DNA of 63,981 nucleotides, counting the filler, from Licmophora abbreviata (lineage: Eukaryota): the NCBI GenBank assembly GCA_900291995.1. It is 16 parts of 16 records of this genome, joined end to end, with 100 filler letters (N's around TTAATTAATTAA, not from the genome) between each part and the next. Parts side by side here need not be neighbours in the genome. Positions count along the whole stretch, not along the records: positions 23,935 to 35,963 come from OLMU01001524.1; positions 36,064 to 37,463 come from OLMU01001525.1; 14 more parts are not named here. The stretch is one strand, 5' to 3'. Shown here piece after piece: positions 24,901 through 36,506 of the stretch. Below the pieces are notes generated by a model. It had not been told where the DNA came from. It saw nothing but the letters and a program-made list of their open reading frames with translations, and searched no databases. The position numbers and the translations under genes are program-made. Numbering within the stretch: the first letter of the stretch is position 1; each line of letters starts with the position of its first letter.

Positions 24901-26225
24901 AGATTCTGCAGAGGATTGAAGAAAAGTATGATTTACGCGCGGGATCGTTCGCTTCTCGCCACGGTGATAGGACGAAAGCGTCTTACAAGGAACTCTTCAG
25001 CAGGGTAATGACGGAAGTTTTTGAATCTGATTCGGGTTCTCTCCCCAAGATGCGATCGGACTACGAGGAAGCGAACCTCCTCTTTGACAATGCTTACAAC
25101 AAGTGTCGGGACGTCATCGCGGTGGGACGGACTTCTGGCGATGAAACGTCGGCAGTCGTGCAGGTCATTCAGCTGCGAAATGGTCTAGTAGCAGGTCGAT
25201 TTTCTTATGCGTGTCAGCTCCCAGCTGGCTTGTCGTCCGAGGAAGATCAAGCGACGGCGATTCAGGCTGTTTTAGAGCGACGGCACTATCCGTCTGGTGA
25301 GACGGCGCCTAGCGATCGATTTAGTTTCTTTCCCGACGAGATTCTGGTTCAATATCCTTTGACGAACACGAGAGGATTCAAATCTGCTCTTCGTTCTCTG
25401 CGAAAAAGCGTCGAACCCGAACGGAAAGACACAGTCACCATTCGTGCGCCCTCAAAAAGAGGCGCCCGGAAGGAGACTGACCAGAGGGCGATGAACTTTG
25501 CGATTGAAAATGCAGATCAGGTGGCACTGGAAATGTCGTTCGAGAGTCAAGGTGTGGCGAAAACTTCGGTTGATGGAACTGCATTGGCTGAACTCAAGTC
25601 GATGCTTGCCCTCGATGAAAATCCCAGTCGCATTGAATGCTACGATATCAGCCATATGCAGGGTGAAGCAGCGGTTGGATCGAGAGTCGTCTTTATCGAC
25701 GGAAAACCCGCCAAGCATCTTTATCGAAGGTTCAATATTAAGACAGTTGAGGGTGTCGACGATTACGCGTCGATTGAGGAGGTTTTGGAGAGACGCTTCC
25801 GGCGGCTCTCTAGTGACGAAGTTCCTGATCTTGTGGTGATCGATGGTGGGATTGGACAGCTTGGTGCGGCTGTGAAGGGCATGTCCAGAGTCGGTGTCGT
25901 CCCGATGCTCCCACAACGCCAAATGCAGAACGGAACCGACGCAGGGGAGATCGTACAGGAGGAATTCATCATGAATGAAGGGACTACCTACGGTAATGAC
26001 ACTCTCGTTGGCGCTCGTCAGCGCGTCCAATCAGCCTCTGTGCCAGTGGTTGCCTTAGCCAAAGAGAATGAAGATTTATATCTGCACGGTGTCACTGGTC
26101 CTATCAATGATACGCCAGACTCGCCGGCTCTGTTGCTGCTCCGTGCCTTGCGCGATGAATCTCATCGCTTTGCACTGAACTCACATCGGCGCCGTAGATC
26201 GGCTCGCAACGGTCTACGAACTTGA
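21969..26225 (+). CDS. uvrBC: UvrB-UvrC fusion excinuclease with N-terminal targeting extension (~1383 aa once linker 23835-23934 is removed)
   Basis: UvrB motifs: PAGDQPQAI, GITGTGKT, HNKTLAAQL, VSYYD, GVENYSRH, DESH, RLPSALDNRPL, SATP, NLLREGLDLP, GRAARN. UvrC motifs in the same ORF: PGVY..LYIGKAK.LRSRV.SY, LESNLIK..PPYNVLLKDD, IECYDISH, PDLVVIDGG.GQL, RDESHRFA. Contig ends overlap (CCTAT), giving in-frame LASY-LLEQ. Confidence 0.93.
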
Positions 26226-26304
26226 TGTCATGTAAAAGCCAAATTAAGAATGAACAAACCTCTCTATCTAGTATGATATCATGCAAGATTACGTAGACTG
26301 CGAA

Positions 26305-29300
26305 TTACACACACAGCATCTCGTCGTGTTCAACTCGGTCAAGAGCAGACTGAGCGTTCTTTCTCAGCGGATGCTCCTCGGGAACCCCCGACCGCTTGTA
26401 GATTTCAATGGCTTTCTTTATCGACTCCTGGGCTTCGGTGAACTGGCACTTCTTTAATTGCAAGCCGCCGAGGCCGACATAAATTTCTCCTGTGGACGGA
26501 TGAGTCGCTCCTACAGTCTCTTTCGCCATGGGCAAAGATTCTTCATAGTACTTTGCCGCATCCTTTGAGCGGCCGAGCTCCGTCAGACATCCACCGATGC
26601 TCGAAAGGGCCATTGCAACATCGATGTGCCGCTCGCCTAGTGCCTCCTTTCGCATCTCAAGAACCCGCTCACACAAATGAAGCGCTTTCTTGTGCTTTCC
26701 CATCTTGCCTTGAACAATGCCAATTCTGTGTAGCGTCGATACCTGGACCGGATGGTCTTGACCAAGGAATTCTTCGCCCATCTGAAACGACTCCTTATAG
26801 AAGTTCATCGCGCTTGTCAAGTCGGACTTCCACTCGTACGCTCTACCGATGGAAAAGAGAGTCAGTGCCATATCTGGATGTTTCCTCCCATAGACCCATC
26901 GCTGTGTCTCAAGAATAGATGAAAAACCTTCAATTGCCTCGTCAAACTCGCACCGGCTCACGAGAACACTGCCGAGGGCCAAGCGAGTACGGAGTGCTGA
27001 TGGATCTTGATCTCCTGTCAACTTCTCTTGAATATCAAAACATTCTTCAAGAGATTTGACAGCAGCATCATAGTCAGCAAGCTCGATCTGGACAAATCCA
27101 ATGCGCTGAAGGCATTCGGCGACAGCCAGGCTGTTGTTGCCGAGGTTTTCTCGTAGGACCAAGAGTGCATCTTGAAATAGACCGAGCGACTTCTTGAACA
27201 TAGATAGGTGATAGTCAACAGTTCCAGTCATCACACGAGCTTTTGCCAGTTGCACATTGTCACAACCAAGCTCGGTCTGGATGTTCAGAGATTGATCGTA
27301 GTAGTCTATAGCTTCCAAATACACCCCTGCCTTGCAGCTCAGAGTGCCAAGACTTGTCAACGTAGAAGCTAGCTCCTCCTGGATATCGTCCGTGGTTCCG
27401 CTCTTCATCAATTGCACCTTCTCCTCAAGAAAAGAAATGGACATTCTGTAGTCCCCTCGCTCCTCGTGGGCTCGAGCGATCACGTCAAGCATACCTGTTT
27501 CAATAAACGTGTGGTAGTCATCGCAATTCGATCGAATTGTCGCCAGGGAGTTTCGTTCTTGGTAGTACACCTCTCCAATACGAATCAGTGTCTCAATAAC
27601 AGCTGGGTGACTGAGATCATCCCCTAGACAATTGTTCAAAACCTGAAGCGCCTCCTGATGACACTGCATGGCGACATCAAACTGTTGCCTCGCTGCATGC
27701 ACACGCCCGATCTTGTTCAGAGTATTTGCAATCTCCGGGTGAGAATCACCATACCATGACTTCTCGATCCATTGTGCGTCAAGATAGTAGGAAAGAGCTG
27801 ACCGAAAGTGCTTCTGTTCACAGTAGGTATCAGCCAAGACATGCAAAGTTCGGGCAATTTCTGGTCGATCAGCTAGTGATTTCCGGATACGAAGCGCCTC
27901 GAGGAGACTTTGAACTGCCAAGTCGAGTTCTCGAACCTGTCTATGTGCCAAGGCAAGCTGTGTCAATGCTTCTGCAACTTCAGGGCTCTTGGGGCTAAAA
28001 TTCTTTTTTTGCTCCGTCAACGTTGCCTGAAGAGACTTGATATTCGAACGCGTACGAGGGGAAACACTATAGCGCCGAGAAGAGATTGAGGTGCCTCTGG
28101 ATTGATTCTTCAGAATTTTCCGCTTCCTTGTGACTTTGCTGCGATGCCCATCCCCCTTCGAGTTACTGCTCGGCGAGTCGCGTGACAAGTTCAAGATCGA
28201 CTGTGGCAACAGATGACTGGCTTCCTTTTCATGTTCGTTCTCGGAAATGCGGCTCTCATCATCAGATAGATCCTCGAATGGGTCTGAATCTTCCTCGGTT
28301 GAGTCTACGGAGTCCCATTCGGACGTTCGCGATTTCACGACGTCATGAACGGACTCGGCGGACAGAAACTGTTCCGCAGCACCAAGCACGGCCTCATACG
28401 TCGTTTCCCACCAAAACTTGTCAGTCTGGCCCATTTTGAACTCGTTTGAGTTGTAAGTGAGTTGGGAAACAGAATCGTCGCCGGATGGCGAGGACTGAGT
28501 GGAGATAAATGTGATGGGACCAGGAGTGGATGACGTAGAGCCACTGGACGCTCGCATCGGCAGGGCGTCTTGCTCCGAGGCGAACAGATGCGGACGAGTG
28601 TCACTGTTCGGCACATGCTCACCCTCTTCTGGCATACTTTCTAGCTGTGACTTGGCTCGACGACGTCGAAATCGCCCTGACAGAGCCTTCGCAAGCCTCT
28701 GTCGAGGCGAGTGCTTGGTCACAGGCCGCTCCGATTCCATACTCTTCCGTGGGGTATGGGGAGAGATAGTTTGAGCTGGAGAGATTATTTGCTTCTCCAA
28801 GTTTATCGCCGTCTTTCCCACAGACATCGATCGCCTACTTGCAGTGCTACTTGGTGAGCTCTCTTTCACTTGTTTCTCTGAGCTGGGGACACTCTCATCC
28901 GGCATGTCGTCGACTAGCTGCGTCTCCACCGCGCCATTCGTGTGCTCTGCATCGTCGTGCTCTGATGGCTCCACAGCTGGAGAAGCTACTGAGACTACAA
29001 AATTGTCTCGGGCGACTGGCAACGAATCAAAATCTGCTTGAAACCCAACTGTATCAGTGACTCTGTGCGTTTCAAATTCCGCTTCGTTCGCAGGACGCGA
29101 CACCGTATCGCCATCTGATTCGCTAGCCGACTCGTAGTCCGTCATATCGGGATCACCATTACTCTCGTAACCTGAGAAATCCGACGCCCATTTGGTCATC
29201 TTTGGAAAGTCATCATCGCTTTCTTCTCCCTCTTCATCTTCACACGAACCATCCTCGCTTCCAGCAGACTTGAACTCATCCGATATGTCTCCGACCTCGG

Positions 29301-31791
29301 GAGTCTGCATGCGCTCCAAAGAGGCTTCGATGCCTTGATCGAACATGTCAAGAATAGAAACATCTCTGCGGTCTGCCAGTCGCAGTCTCGCTAACCTTGG
29401 CGATCTTGAAGTCGATTTTGACGTCGATCCAGCGCTGGACCGTGACGGCAGAGATCTGGGTGACAAATTTGATTCGAATGATGGCAAGAACAGATTATCC
29501 GTTTCACCAGGAGAGGTCCACGCCGAGCCTCCTCCAGAGCTATGGGAGAACGGACTTCCAAGCTCCGACACATCCACCACTGCTTGCCTCGAGTCGATCG
29601 AAAGCACTGTCGTCTTGAGCCCGCTGCGCGACGGACTGGACGCTGATGGCTTTGATGGACTCGTGTAGGGATTAAACTCTACAGGATTCGTGGGTGAATG
29701 CGAGGCGCTGCCAAAATCATTGAAGTCTCCAAAGGAATGCTTTGGTTTGGACAGATGGCTCGATTCGCTGAGAACCGATGACACTGTCTCTACCGCAACT
29801 TCGTGACGATCAGATTCCCCACTGCGCGAAGCTGCTGAGCTGATAACGACTTGTTCTTCGGATATCTTTGTCTCTTCCGCAACTGACGATGATCGATTGA
29901 CGTTCTCATAGACTCGAACAATCACCCTGGACGACGACATATCCGTTGCCTCACTCGCCGCAGGAAGTAGGGATTCCCCCAATAAACCACTCACAGTAGA
30001 CGACGATGGATTCACAGTCACAGCATCAACCAACTCTCTTGTGCTTTTGTCCAACAAGACTTGCACAGGATCATTTTCGGCAAAACCAGTAGAAGTGCCA
30101 GTAGGGTTCAGTAATTGCGACGATTTCAGCAGGCATTCTCGCGCTTCCGCAAATCGCTTCTGGTCCATGTAGGCTCGTCCCAATCCATGGTGGACATTGG
30201 CGAGTTCCATGCGGTGAGAACTAGTCAATTCCTCATCGTCTTGTTCCTCGGTGTTGGTGTGGAGTGACAATGCCGCCTCGAATTCTACAATCGCCTCATC
30301 GACGGCTTGCTGCTCTGCCAATAGTATCATTCCAATTCGCGAGTGCACTTCGGTCAGTTTCCAACAAACAACATCGCTCTCTTCATCATTCGTTTGTTCT
30401 TGTTCCTGATAGATTCGTTTCGCTTCTCGATACAAATCTAGAGCCCCAAAAGCATTGTTCTGTCGCTCCAACACGACCGCCACATCCATCAATGCATGCG
30501 CCACTTGAGTATGAGATTCCCCCAGTTCCTCCGATTGCGCATGCAGAACAGTTTCAAAACACGACAAGGCCTCGTCGAGTTGACTGGCATCATCATGATA
30601 CAAGTAAAACTTTCCCATACATTGAAGGACTTCCAGTACTTGTGGATGATCGTGGGGATGGAGTTGCAACCGTAATTCAAGAGCCTCTTGAAGTGATTGT
30701 TGTATATCTGCTGCGGAGGAAGGGACCTCTGCTTGTACTGTATCATGCTCATGGTTGGTTGCAGATGGTGGTACTGTACTTGTTGAAGTATTTGATCGAT
30801 CCATCTGTAGCGTACTGTAAGTCAAACACGCATCCGCCAGTCGCGCCCGTAGTGTCGTCATGCCGTCGTCATTCTGCTCTTCCCTCTCTACTAAAAAGAC
30901 TCTCCTCAGCGTATTCATAAGAGCCAACAATGCTGATATCGCCTGCTCTTCTTCTCCTCTCTCCACATGCAAGTGGACCAAACTCCTGAGGGAAAAACTA
31001 AAGAGCAACATGTTCTGTTCAGATGACAATGATGTCTGGAAGGGCAGTGATGGTGAATATATAGAGTCGGCAGTTGTTGTCGCAGCAGTAGACTCCTCTT
31101 CTTGTTGTAACAATAACAGTATTCCCACGGCTTGTTCGTGGCATTCCAAGGCCGACAATGAATCGTGCAAGTGATCATGATGAATCAAGGCGGCCAGTTG
31201 CAGTGTCTCGACGTAGTCTGGAATCACGACCAAATCAGGCTCTGCAGTACTAGTACTAGTAGTACTTGTTGTATTCAAGTAGTCTCGATACTTGTCACAG
31301 GCTCGTGTCAAGCAGTAGAGGGCATCTTGGTAGTCCCCACATTGCTGGTGCAAGACACCCATCTTGTGTAGGATGGAGGCAGCCTTGAGAGCGTCGCAGG
31401 CGTTTGAATTTTGTGCCAGTGCCGTTTCGTAGGATTGTATGGTTGCTGCTGCGGAGTGTCGCTGTTGATTTTGAAGATGAGAATTGTTGCTGTTGTTGAT
31501 TGAGGCGATCAATTTGGATTCCAATACAGTAGAAGTAGAAGGAGAAGAAGAAGCAGTCGTAGTCATGGTAGTACTCCCGGTGATGATATGCTGCTGGTTT
31601 TGCTGCTGGCGATGATTCTGTGACAGAGTTACACCAGCAGAAGTTTCCTCCTCGGCTGCAGAGACGTCGCTGTCGCTGCTGCTATCCGTGTAAGCACTAC
31701 TAGTTCTGGGCAAGCCGCCTTCCATCATGCTGGCCACTGCCAACGAAAGAGGTCGACTGGTCGTGGTAGAAGCCGAGAGAGGAGCCAACAT
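26305..31791 (-). CDS. Large TPR protein (kinesin-light-chain/nephrocystin-3-like repeats) with disordered middle
   Basis: N- and C-terminal blocks of 42-aa TPRs (e.g. HPEIANTLNKIGRVH...A...HQEAL); S/E/D-rich centre. Confidence 0.85.
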   Translation of the reverse strand: MLAPLSASTTTSRPLSLAVASMMEGGLPRTSSAYTDSSSDSDVSAAEEETSAGVTLSQNHRQQQNQQHIITGSTTMTTTASSSPSTSTVLESKLIASINNSNNSHLQNQQRHSAAATIQSYETALAQNSNACDALKAASILHKMGVLHQQCGDYQDALYCLTRACDKYRDYLNTTSTTSTSTAEPDLVVIPDYVETLQLAALIHHDHLHDSLSALECHEQAVGILLLLQQEEESTAATTTADSIYSPSLPFQTSLSSEQNMLLFSFSLRSLVHLHVERGEEEQAISALLALMNTLRRVFLVEREEQNDDGMTTLRARLADACLTYSTLQMDRSNTSTSTVPPSATNHEHDTVQAEVPSSAADIQQSLQEALELRLQLHPHDHPQVLEVLQCMGKFYLYHDDASQLDEALSCFETVLHAQSEELGESHTQVAHALMDVAVVLERQNNAFGALDLYREAKRIYQEQEQTNDEESDVVCWKLTEVHSRIGMILLAEQQAVDEAIVEFEAALSLHTNTEEQDDEELTSSHRMELANVHHGLGRAYMDQKRFAEARECLLKSSQLLNPTGTSTGFAENDPVQVLLDKSTRELVDAVTVNPSSSTVSGLLGESLLPAASEATDMSSSRVIVRVYENVNRSSSVAEETKISEEQVVISSAASRSGESDRHEVAVETVSSVLSESSHLSKPKHSFGDFNDFGSASHSPTNPVEFNPYTSPSKPSASSPSRSGLKTTVLSIDSRQAVVDVSELGSPFSHSSGGGSAWTSPGETDNLFLPSFESNLSPRSLPSRSSAGSTSKSTSRSPRLARLRLADRRDVSILDMFDQGIEASLERMQTPEVGDISDEFKSAGSEDGSCEDEEGEESDDDFPKMTKWASDFSGYESNGDPDMTDYESASESDGDTVSRPANEAEFETHRVTDTVGFQADFDSLPVARDNFVVSVASPAVEPSEHDDAEHTNGAVETQLVDDMPDESVPSSEKQVKESSPSSTASRRSMSVGKTAINLEKQIISPAQTISPHTPRKSMESERPVTKHSPRQRLAKALSGRFRRRRAKSQLESMPEEGEHVPNSDTRPHLFASEQDALPMRASSGSTSSTPGPITFISTQSSPSGDDSVSQLTYNSNEFKMGQTDKFWWETTYEAVLGAAEQFLSAESVHDVVKSRTSEWDSVDSTEEDSDPFEDLSDDESRISENEHEKEASHLLPQSILNLSRDSPSSNSKGDGHRSKVTRKRKILKNQSRGTSISSRRYSVSPRTRSNIKSLQATLTEQKKNFSPKSPEVAEALTQLALAHRQVRELDLAVQSLLEALRIRKSLADRPEIARTLHVLADTYCEQKHFRSALSYYLDAQWIEKSWYGDSHPEIANTLNKIGRVHAARQQFDVAMQCHQEALQVLNNCLGDDLSHPAVIETLIRIGEVYYQERNSLATIRSNCDDYHTFIETGMLDVIARAHEERGDYRMSISFLEEKVQLMKSGTTDDIQEELASTLTSLGTLSCKAGVYLEAIDYYDQSLNIQTELGCDNVQLAKARVMTGTVDYHLSMFKKSLGLFQDALLVLRENLGNNSLAVAECLQRIGFVQIELADYDAAVKSLEECFDIQEKLTGDQDPSALRTRLALGSVLVSRCEFDEAIEGFSSILETQRWVYGRKHPDMALTLFSIGRAYEWKSDLTSAMNFYKESFQMGEEFLGQDHPVQVSTLHRIGIVQGKMGKHKKALHLCERVLEMRKEALGERHIDVAMALSSIGGCLTELGRSKDAAKYYEESLPMAKETVGATHPSTGEIYVGLGGLQLKKCQFTEAQESIKKAIEIYKRSGVPEEHPLRKNAQSALDRVEHDEMLCV

Positions 31792-33194
31792 GCTTGTTTC
31801 AATTCTCAATTTGGAGTCAAATTTATATATTTGCGAGGCCGCTGACAAGGCTGTGTCTGTTGACTTTCTCTTTCCACACTACCCCCGTTGTCTCTGTGTT
31901 TAGTCTACTGAGAGCTGTTCTTCCCCAGTTTCTCTCTATCTCTCTGTGTGTCACACATACAGTCTCTCTCTATCTCTCTGGAAGAAAAGCGTTGTAACAA
32001 GAGATACTCCAATCGCCACCACGCCGTGTGAATGTTATGCGTTCCAGTCGGGCGGTCGCGTACCGGCACGGATGGTCCGGAGCAAAGCTACATTAGACAG
32101 TATATTTCCATGTATACCTTTTATGTCTTGGTCTAATCATTCAATATTATTAATGTTTTAAGTATTTATTAAAGCGCCATGTTCGCCGAATAGGAATGCT
32201 CATTATACAAATACATAGATAGGTGAGAAAAATTTGGAATGGGGTTCTCATGTGATGTCAGGCGCGTGACGAGGTCTTGTGTTGGCGCGCTTTTTGACTT
32301 CTTCGACCTGATAGAATACTCAAACATGGCGTCGACAAAGCAAACCATCCTCGCTCCTCTCCAGAGCATGATGATGACTGAGAATCAATCTCCTGAGAAT
32401 CAATCTCCTCAGTCTTCGACGTCTTCGTTATAATCACGACAAGCTTTGTTCTACAGAGAGAGAAGAAAAAGTGTCGTGGAGAGAAGAAAAAGGATCGCTG
32501 AATGTTTCGAATCGATTTGACTTATTCAAGTCGAACACTTACTTCTGACGGCGCACGAGACTAGTCAGCGTCTAGTAGTTTCGAGCGAACATCAACAAGC
32601 TGTCCGAGCGCCATCCTGAGACAGATGAGGGTTTTGCATCATGCGAACATTGCTACTACCATAATCTGTTACTGTAGTGGCACCGTGATGATGTGTGTAT
32701 GTATGAGAGTGACAACGAGCGAGTGACAACAGACGCCGCGCGGACTTCACTGTACTTCTACAAGAGCGTCACATTTGGGACACAGAGTCTTGTTTCCTGT
32801 TCGGACAACTTGCAATCTCGGCCTTGGGCATGAAGACACTATACAAGGATACTTACGAAGTCTGTCTTCAGTGCACTCTCTCGACTTCAGAGTCGCGGAG
32901 CGTCCGTTGAGAATCAATATTTCGGAGATGCCTCGTCTTCATTCAAATCCATACCGTCCGTTGAGAATGCATTTTTGGGAGGTGCGCCGTGAGCATTGAG
33001 GATTCGTGGAACACTGGTCATCAAAAGAAACATTGAATGGATTGAGGTGCTCAATAGATGTTGCACCTCTTTATAAGAACAAACCGCTCACAATTTTGAG
33101 AAAGCTGCGTTTTCGCTTCCTGTTCTTCCTTCTATCGTGTCTTCGCTGTTAACAGATTCCAGTTGCCACCATTGCAACCATCATTGAAGTGAGG

Positions 33195-35337
33195 ATGATC
33201 TTCCACAAGACCTACTCCCTCGCTCTCTTGGGCCTTTTGCTTCTTGGTCCACACAAAGATGTAAGCTTCGTCTCGTCGGTGGAACTCAAGTTGAGGGCTG
33301 GTCCCTCCTTGGATGCGTCCGGCGTCGTCGAGCCCAGCATTGACGCAACGCCCCCGAAAGACAACAAGTGCGACGGCGATGAGTATATGGCGCCTATCGT
33401 CATTGAGTCGTCTCTTTTGCTCGACTTTGCGGGCTTTCAAGGACTCGTCATTCCGGCCGAAGTCAATGTCCTCGAACGTCAGTTCACTGAAACCTTCGAG
33501 AATCTAACAAGTGTGCTCTGTGATCCTCTTGGGGCCTCCTTTACCATTGAGCAACTCATCTTTTTGAGTGGACATGATGATACTGAAACTTTTCAAGAAC
33601 GTCGCGCTCTCACTGATAGTGGTGATGGTGGTGGGGGTGGTGGAAGTATGCCGACGTTCACCTATCCGGCGCGAGTCCAGGCCAAGTGCACCGGAAAGGG
33701 TTGTCCCACAAACAACATGCTCTTTCGCGAGGATGGTGGAAGCTTCAGGGCTCTCAAAGAAGGAGAAGAACATGGATCATCGATCAGAGATCCTGCGAAG
33801 GATGCGGTCTCTGAAGTTCCCTTGGACGGAGCCAAGCGTCGCGATCTTACCGGAACTAGTTGCGGTGCGTGCAAGGCTCCGACCATCAACCAGTTCGCGC
33901 AGGCCTACAACGCCGACATTCAAGACCTCTACGACGGAAATGTGATCGGCAACGTCCAGGGCTTCGAAGGCATCATACCCCTGACTGCAATCGAGTGCAG
34001 TGGTGAGGAATCTGAATTCGAAGACTTCGTAGACATTGACTTCTTCGGTGACCCGGACCTTCTTGGTCCCAGCGACATTGACATTTTGGGAAGTCAGATC
34101 GTTCAAGATTATAACTTTTTGGCTGTGAATTTGTGCGACCCCTTCTTCCGTCGATTGGTGGCTGCGGACGTCATCGACAATGATGACGATGGTGGCGGAA
34201 GGGGTCTGCGACAAAGCCGGAACCTGCAGAGGCGCTTCAGGCGTCGCTTTCGTCTTCGAGGCCGCTGTCGTGGTTGTAGGAGGAGGAGGCGAAGTCGTGT
34301 GTTTGATGACGCGGTTCGGCGCCTAGGTACTCGGTCTGTTGACCCTGATTCTTCCCCGCATCGTTCTCTCCAGTCGATTCCCGAAGCGTTCGTATGCGTG
34401 TGTGATCCCGCAGTTGCCAATGATCCAGCCGCGCGGAGGGCTCCTACGGCGAGCGAGTTCACTGCCCTGTACGCAGAAAGCGTGGAAGCACTAGACATTG
34501 ACGGTGCGGATACGGTGCTAGAGACTGAGGTGGTCCCAACGGCTGAGCTCCCGCCTACTGTAGCTCCAAGCGCTGTGGCTCCCACGCCGCAGCCCACCTT
34601 GAGGCCTACGCCTCAGCCAATTCCCGTCACCCCTCCCTGCGGTGGTTCATGTGACGACGGTGATCTCTGTACAATGAACAGGTGTGATACAGGCACGGAC
34701 ACTTGCATCACAGAGCCCGTCGTCTGTGGCACCGATGAAGCCTGCGACTCCTTTACGGGTCTCTGTCAGAACATTCAAAATATTGTCCCTTGTGTGGCCG
34801 TCATTGATGAGTGGAATAATCGCAACTATACCAGTGAGTGGGCCAGCTTCCGGGCTCGATACCCTCAACGTCCCTTTTGCCTGCTAGTCCCAAATAGCTT
34901 TATCCAGACACTGTAAGTACATCCATCGATAGGACAGTGTATGTCCGCATGAATGGATACACTCACACCATGCTGTCGCGTTGTCTTATTATGTCTTTCC
35001 TCGGGGCAGCCCTGCTGGTTTTGATCTTGATACGCTCAACAATCCGGACGGCGTGGACCGCACGCTTGCGTCTAATGTCAACCGCGACAACGGCAATGTT
35101 AATTTTGCGTCGAACTGGTTCGATATCTGTAACCTTGGGGCGTTGTCGCCTTCTTCGGTCGGCTTTGTTGGTCTTTTCATCGACACGTCGGGTAGTATGA
35201 GGTTGAGCACGGTCCGGGCCTCATACGAACAGTTTTTGTCGAACTTGACGGATGCCGGCTTGGGCTTCCAGCAGGTCTTCAACAGTGTCGAACGTTGGAT
35301 CGATCCTTTCCTCACAACCTTGGCCCCTCCGACGTAG
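33195..35337 (+). CDS. Secreted multi-RXL protein with two related Cys domains, Pro stalk, Dictyostelium-type Cys repeat and vWA-like C-terminus; intron 34913-35009
   Basis: Signal peptide; repeated LCDP...CxGC...APT..F...Y unit; CDDGDLCTMNRCD; splice CT|gtaag...cag|C joins to the exon with VGLFIDTSGSM. Confidence 0.75.
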
Positions 35338-36506
35338 TTGGAGTACTGTGTGTTATCTCTTATGTCCCCTCTGCATCGCTAGCACCAAGAACACGACAGC
35401 TTTGTGTAAAATCATAGTTTACATTACCTAGTGAACTTAGCATGTCAATCAAACGCACCACGGCGCAAAAGCGTACCGGTAGTCCTATACTAGTAGCGCG
35501 TAAAAGAGTGGTCAGGCGTCACATACGCCGACTATCTGGCGGAAGGCAGTCCTCTTGGACGTCGAATGAATCTTCTTACCACAGACACGTAAACGTCGTT
35601 GAGGATGCGGTTGATGTCAATGAAATCGGCAGTCAGATCCTCCTACTGTTACTATTATTGTTACACTACATCTACTTGTCTGTGGGGATTCTTCATGGAT
35701 CATCGCCCCCTGCGAGGTTTGATGTGAGATAAAAACGTCGAATAGACTACGTAAATCGAAACATCCCCCAAGCAACGACAAGGGGCAGCGCGACCATGGC
35801 CACAGCCGAAAGACATCCTCGTGCCCTCATCGTGGTCGTCTTTGGTCTGTTCGCTTCCTTCCATGGCGCACACCTGAAGCTCTGTGGTGTCTGATGAATA
35901 CCGAGCTCCCTCCCTACGCCCGAATCGCCAGCAGCGACGAGCCACAGCAGCCATCCCCCGACANNNNNNNNNNNNNNNNNNNNNNNNNNNNNNNNNNNNN
36001 NNNNNNNTTAATTAATTAANNNNNNNNNNNNNNNNNNNNNNNNNNNNNNNNNNNNNNNNNNNNACCCATGAATGGATACGGTCGCCACTGACGGCTGTGG
36101 TCACGTCAAGGATGCTCTGATATCGTCCGACGATAAGAGACCGAACCGTCAAACACATCGCCTGTATCATACTCCCGCCGACGCGGCTCTTGCTAGACGG
36201 ATGCCAAGTCAACTCCTTATCATGCATCCAGTACTAGCTCTGCAGTCGGCTTGCGGAAACTAAACGTCGCACTACAGATTTTTTGAAGTGTGACTGGGTA
36301 TGCGTGCAACCTCGAAATAACTAGGAAAAAGCGTACCCGGTATGATAAATAACATCTACTCGGAGTACAGGTTTATAGGAGCCTTTTTCACACCGCGGGA
36401 CGGAGGACAATATAAATACTCGCGTAGAACAAGTCCTCATCAACGGGCAACTCCTCATGAGAATCCAAGATAGGCTTCTCCCTCCCATCAACACTGGTGA
36501 ATCTTT

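Noticed and set aside
21969..26225. uvrBC as bacterial contamination
   Set aside because: It is contiguous with the eukaryotic TPR gene, has a microsatellite-rich presequence like its neighbours, and has no operon context.
35560..35963. Possible type II membrane gene fragment on the minus strand (MRARGCLSAVAMVALPLVVAWG...)
   Set aside because: The frame closes quickly and no family is recognisable.
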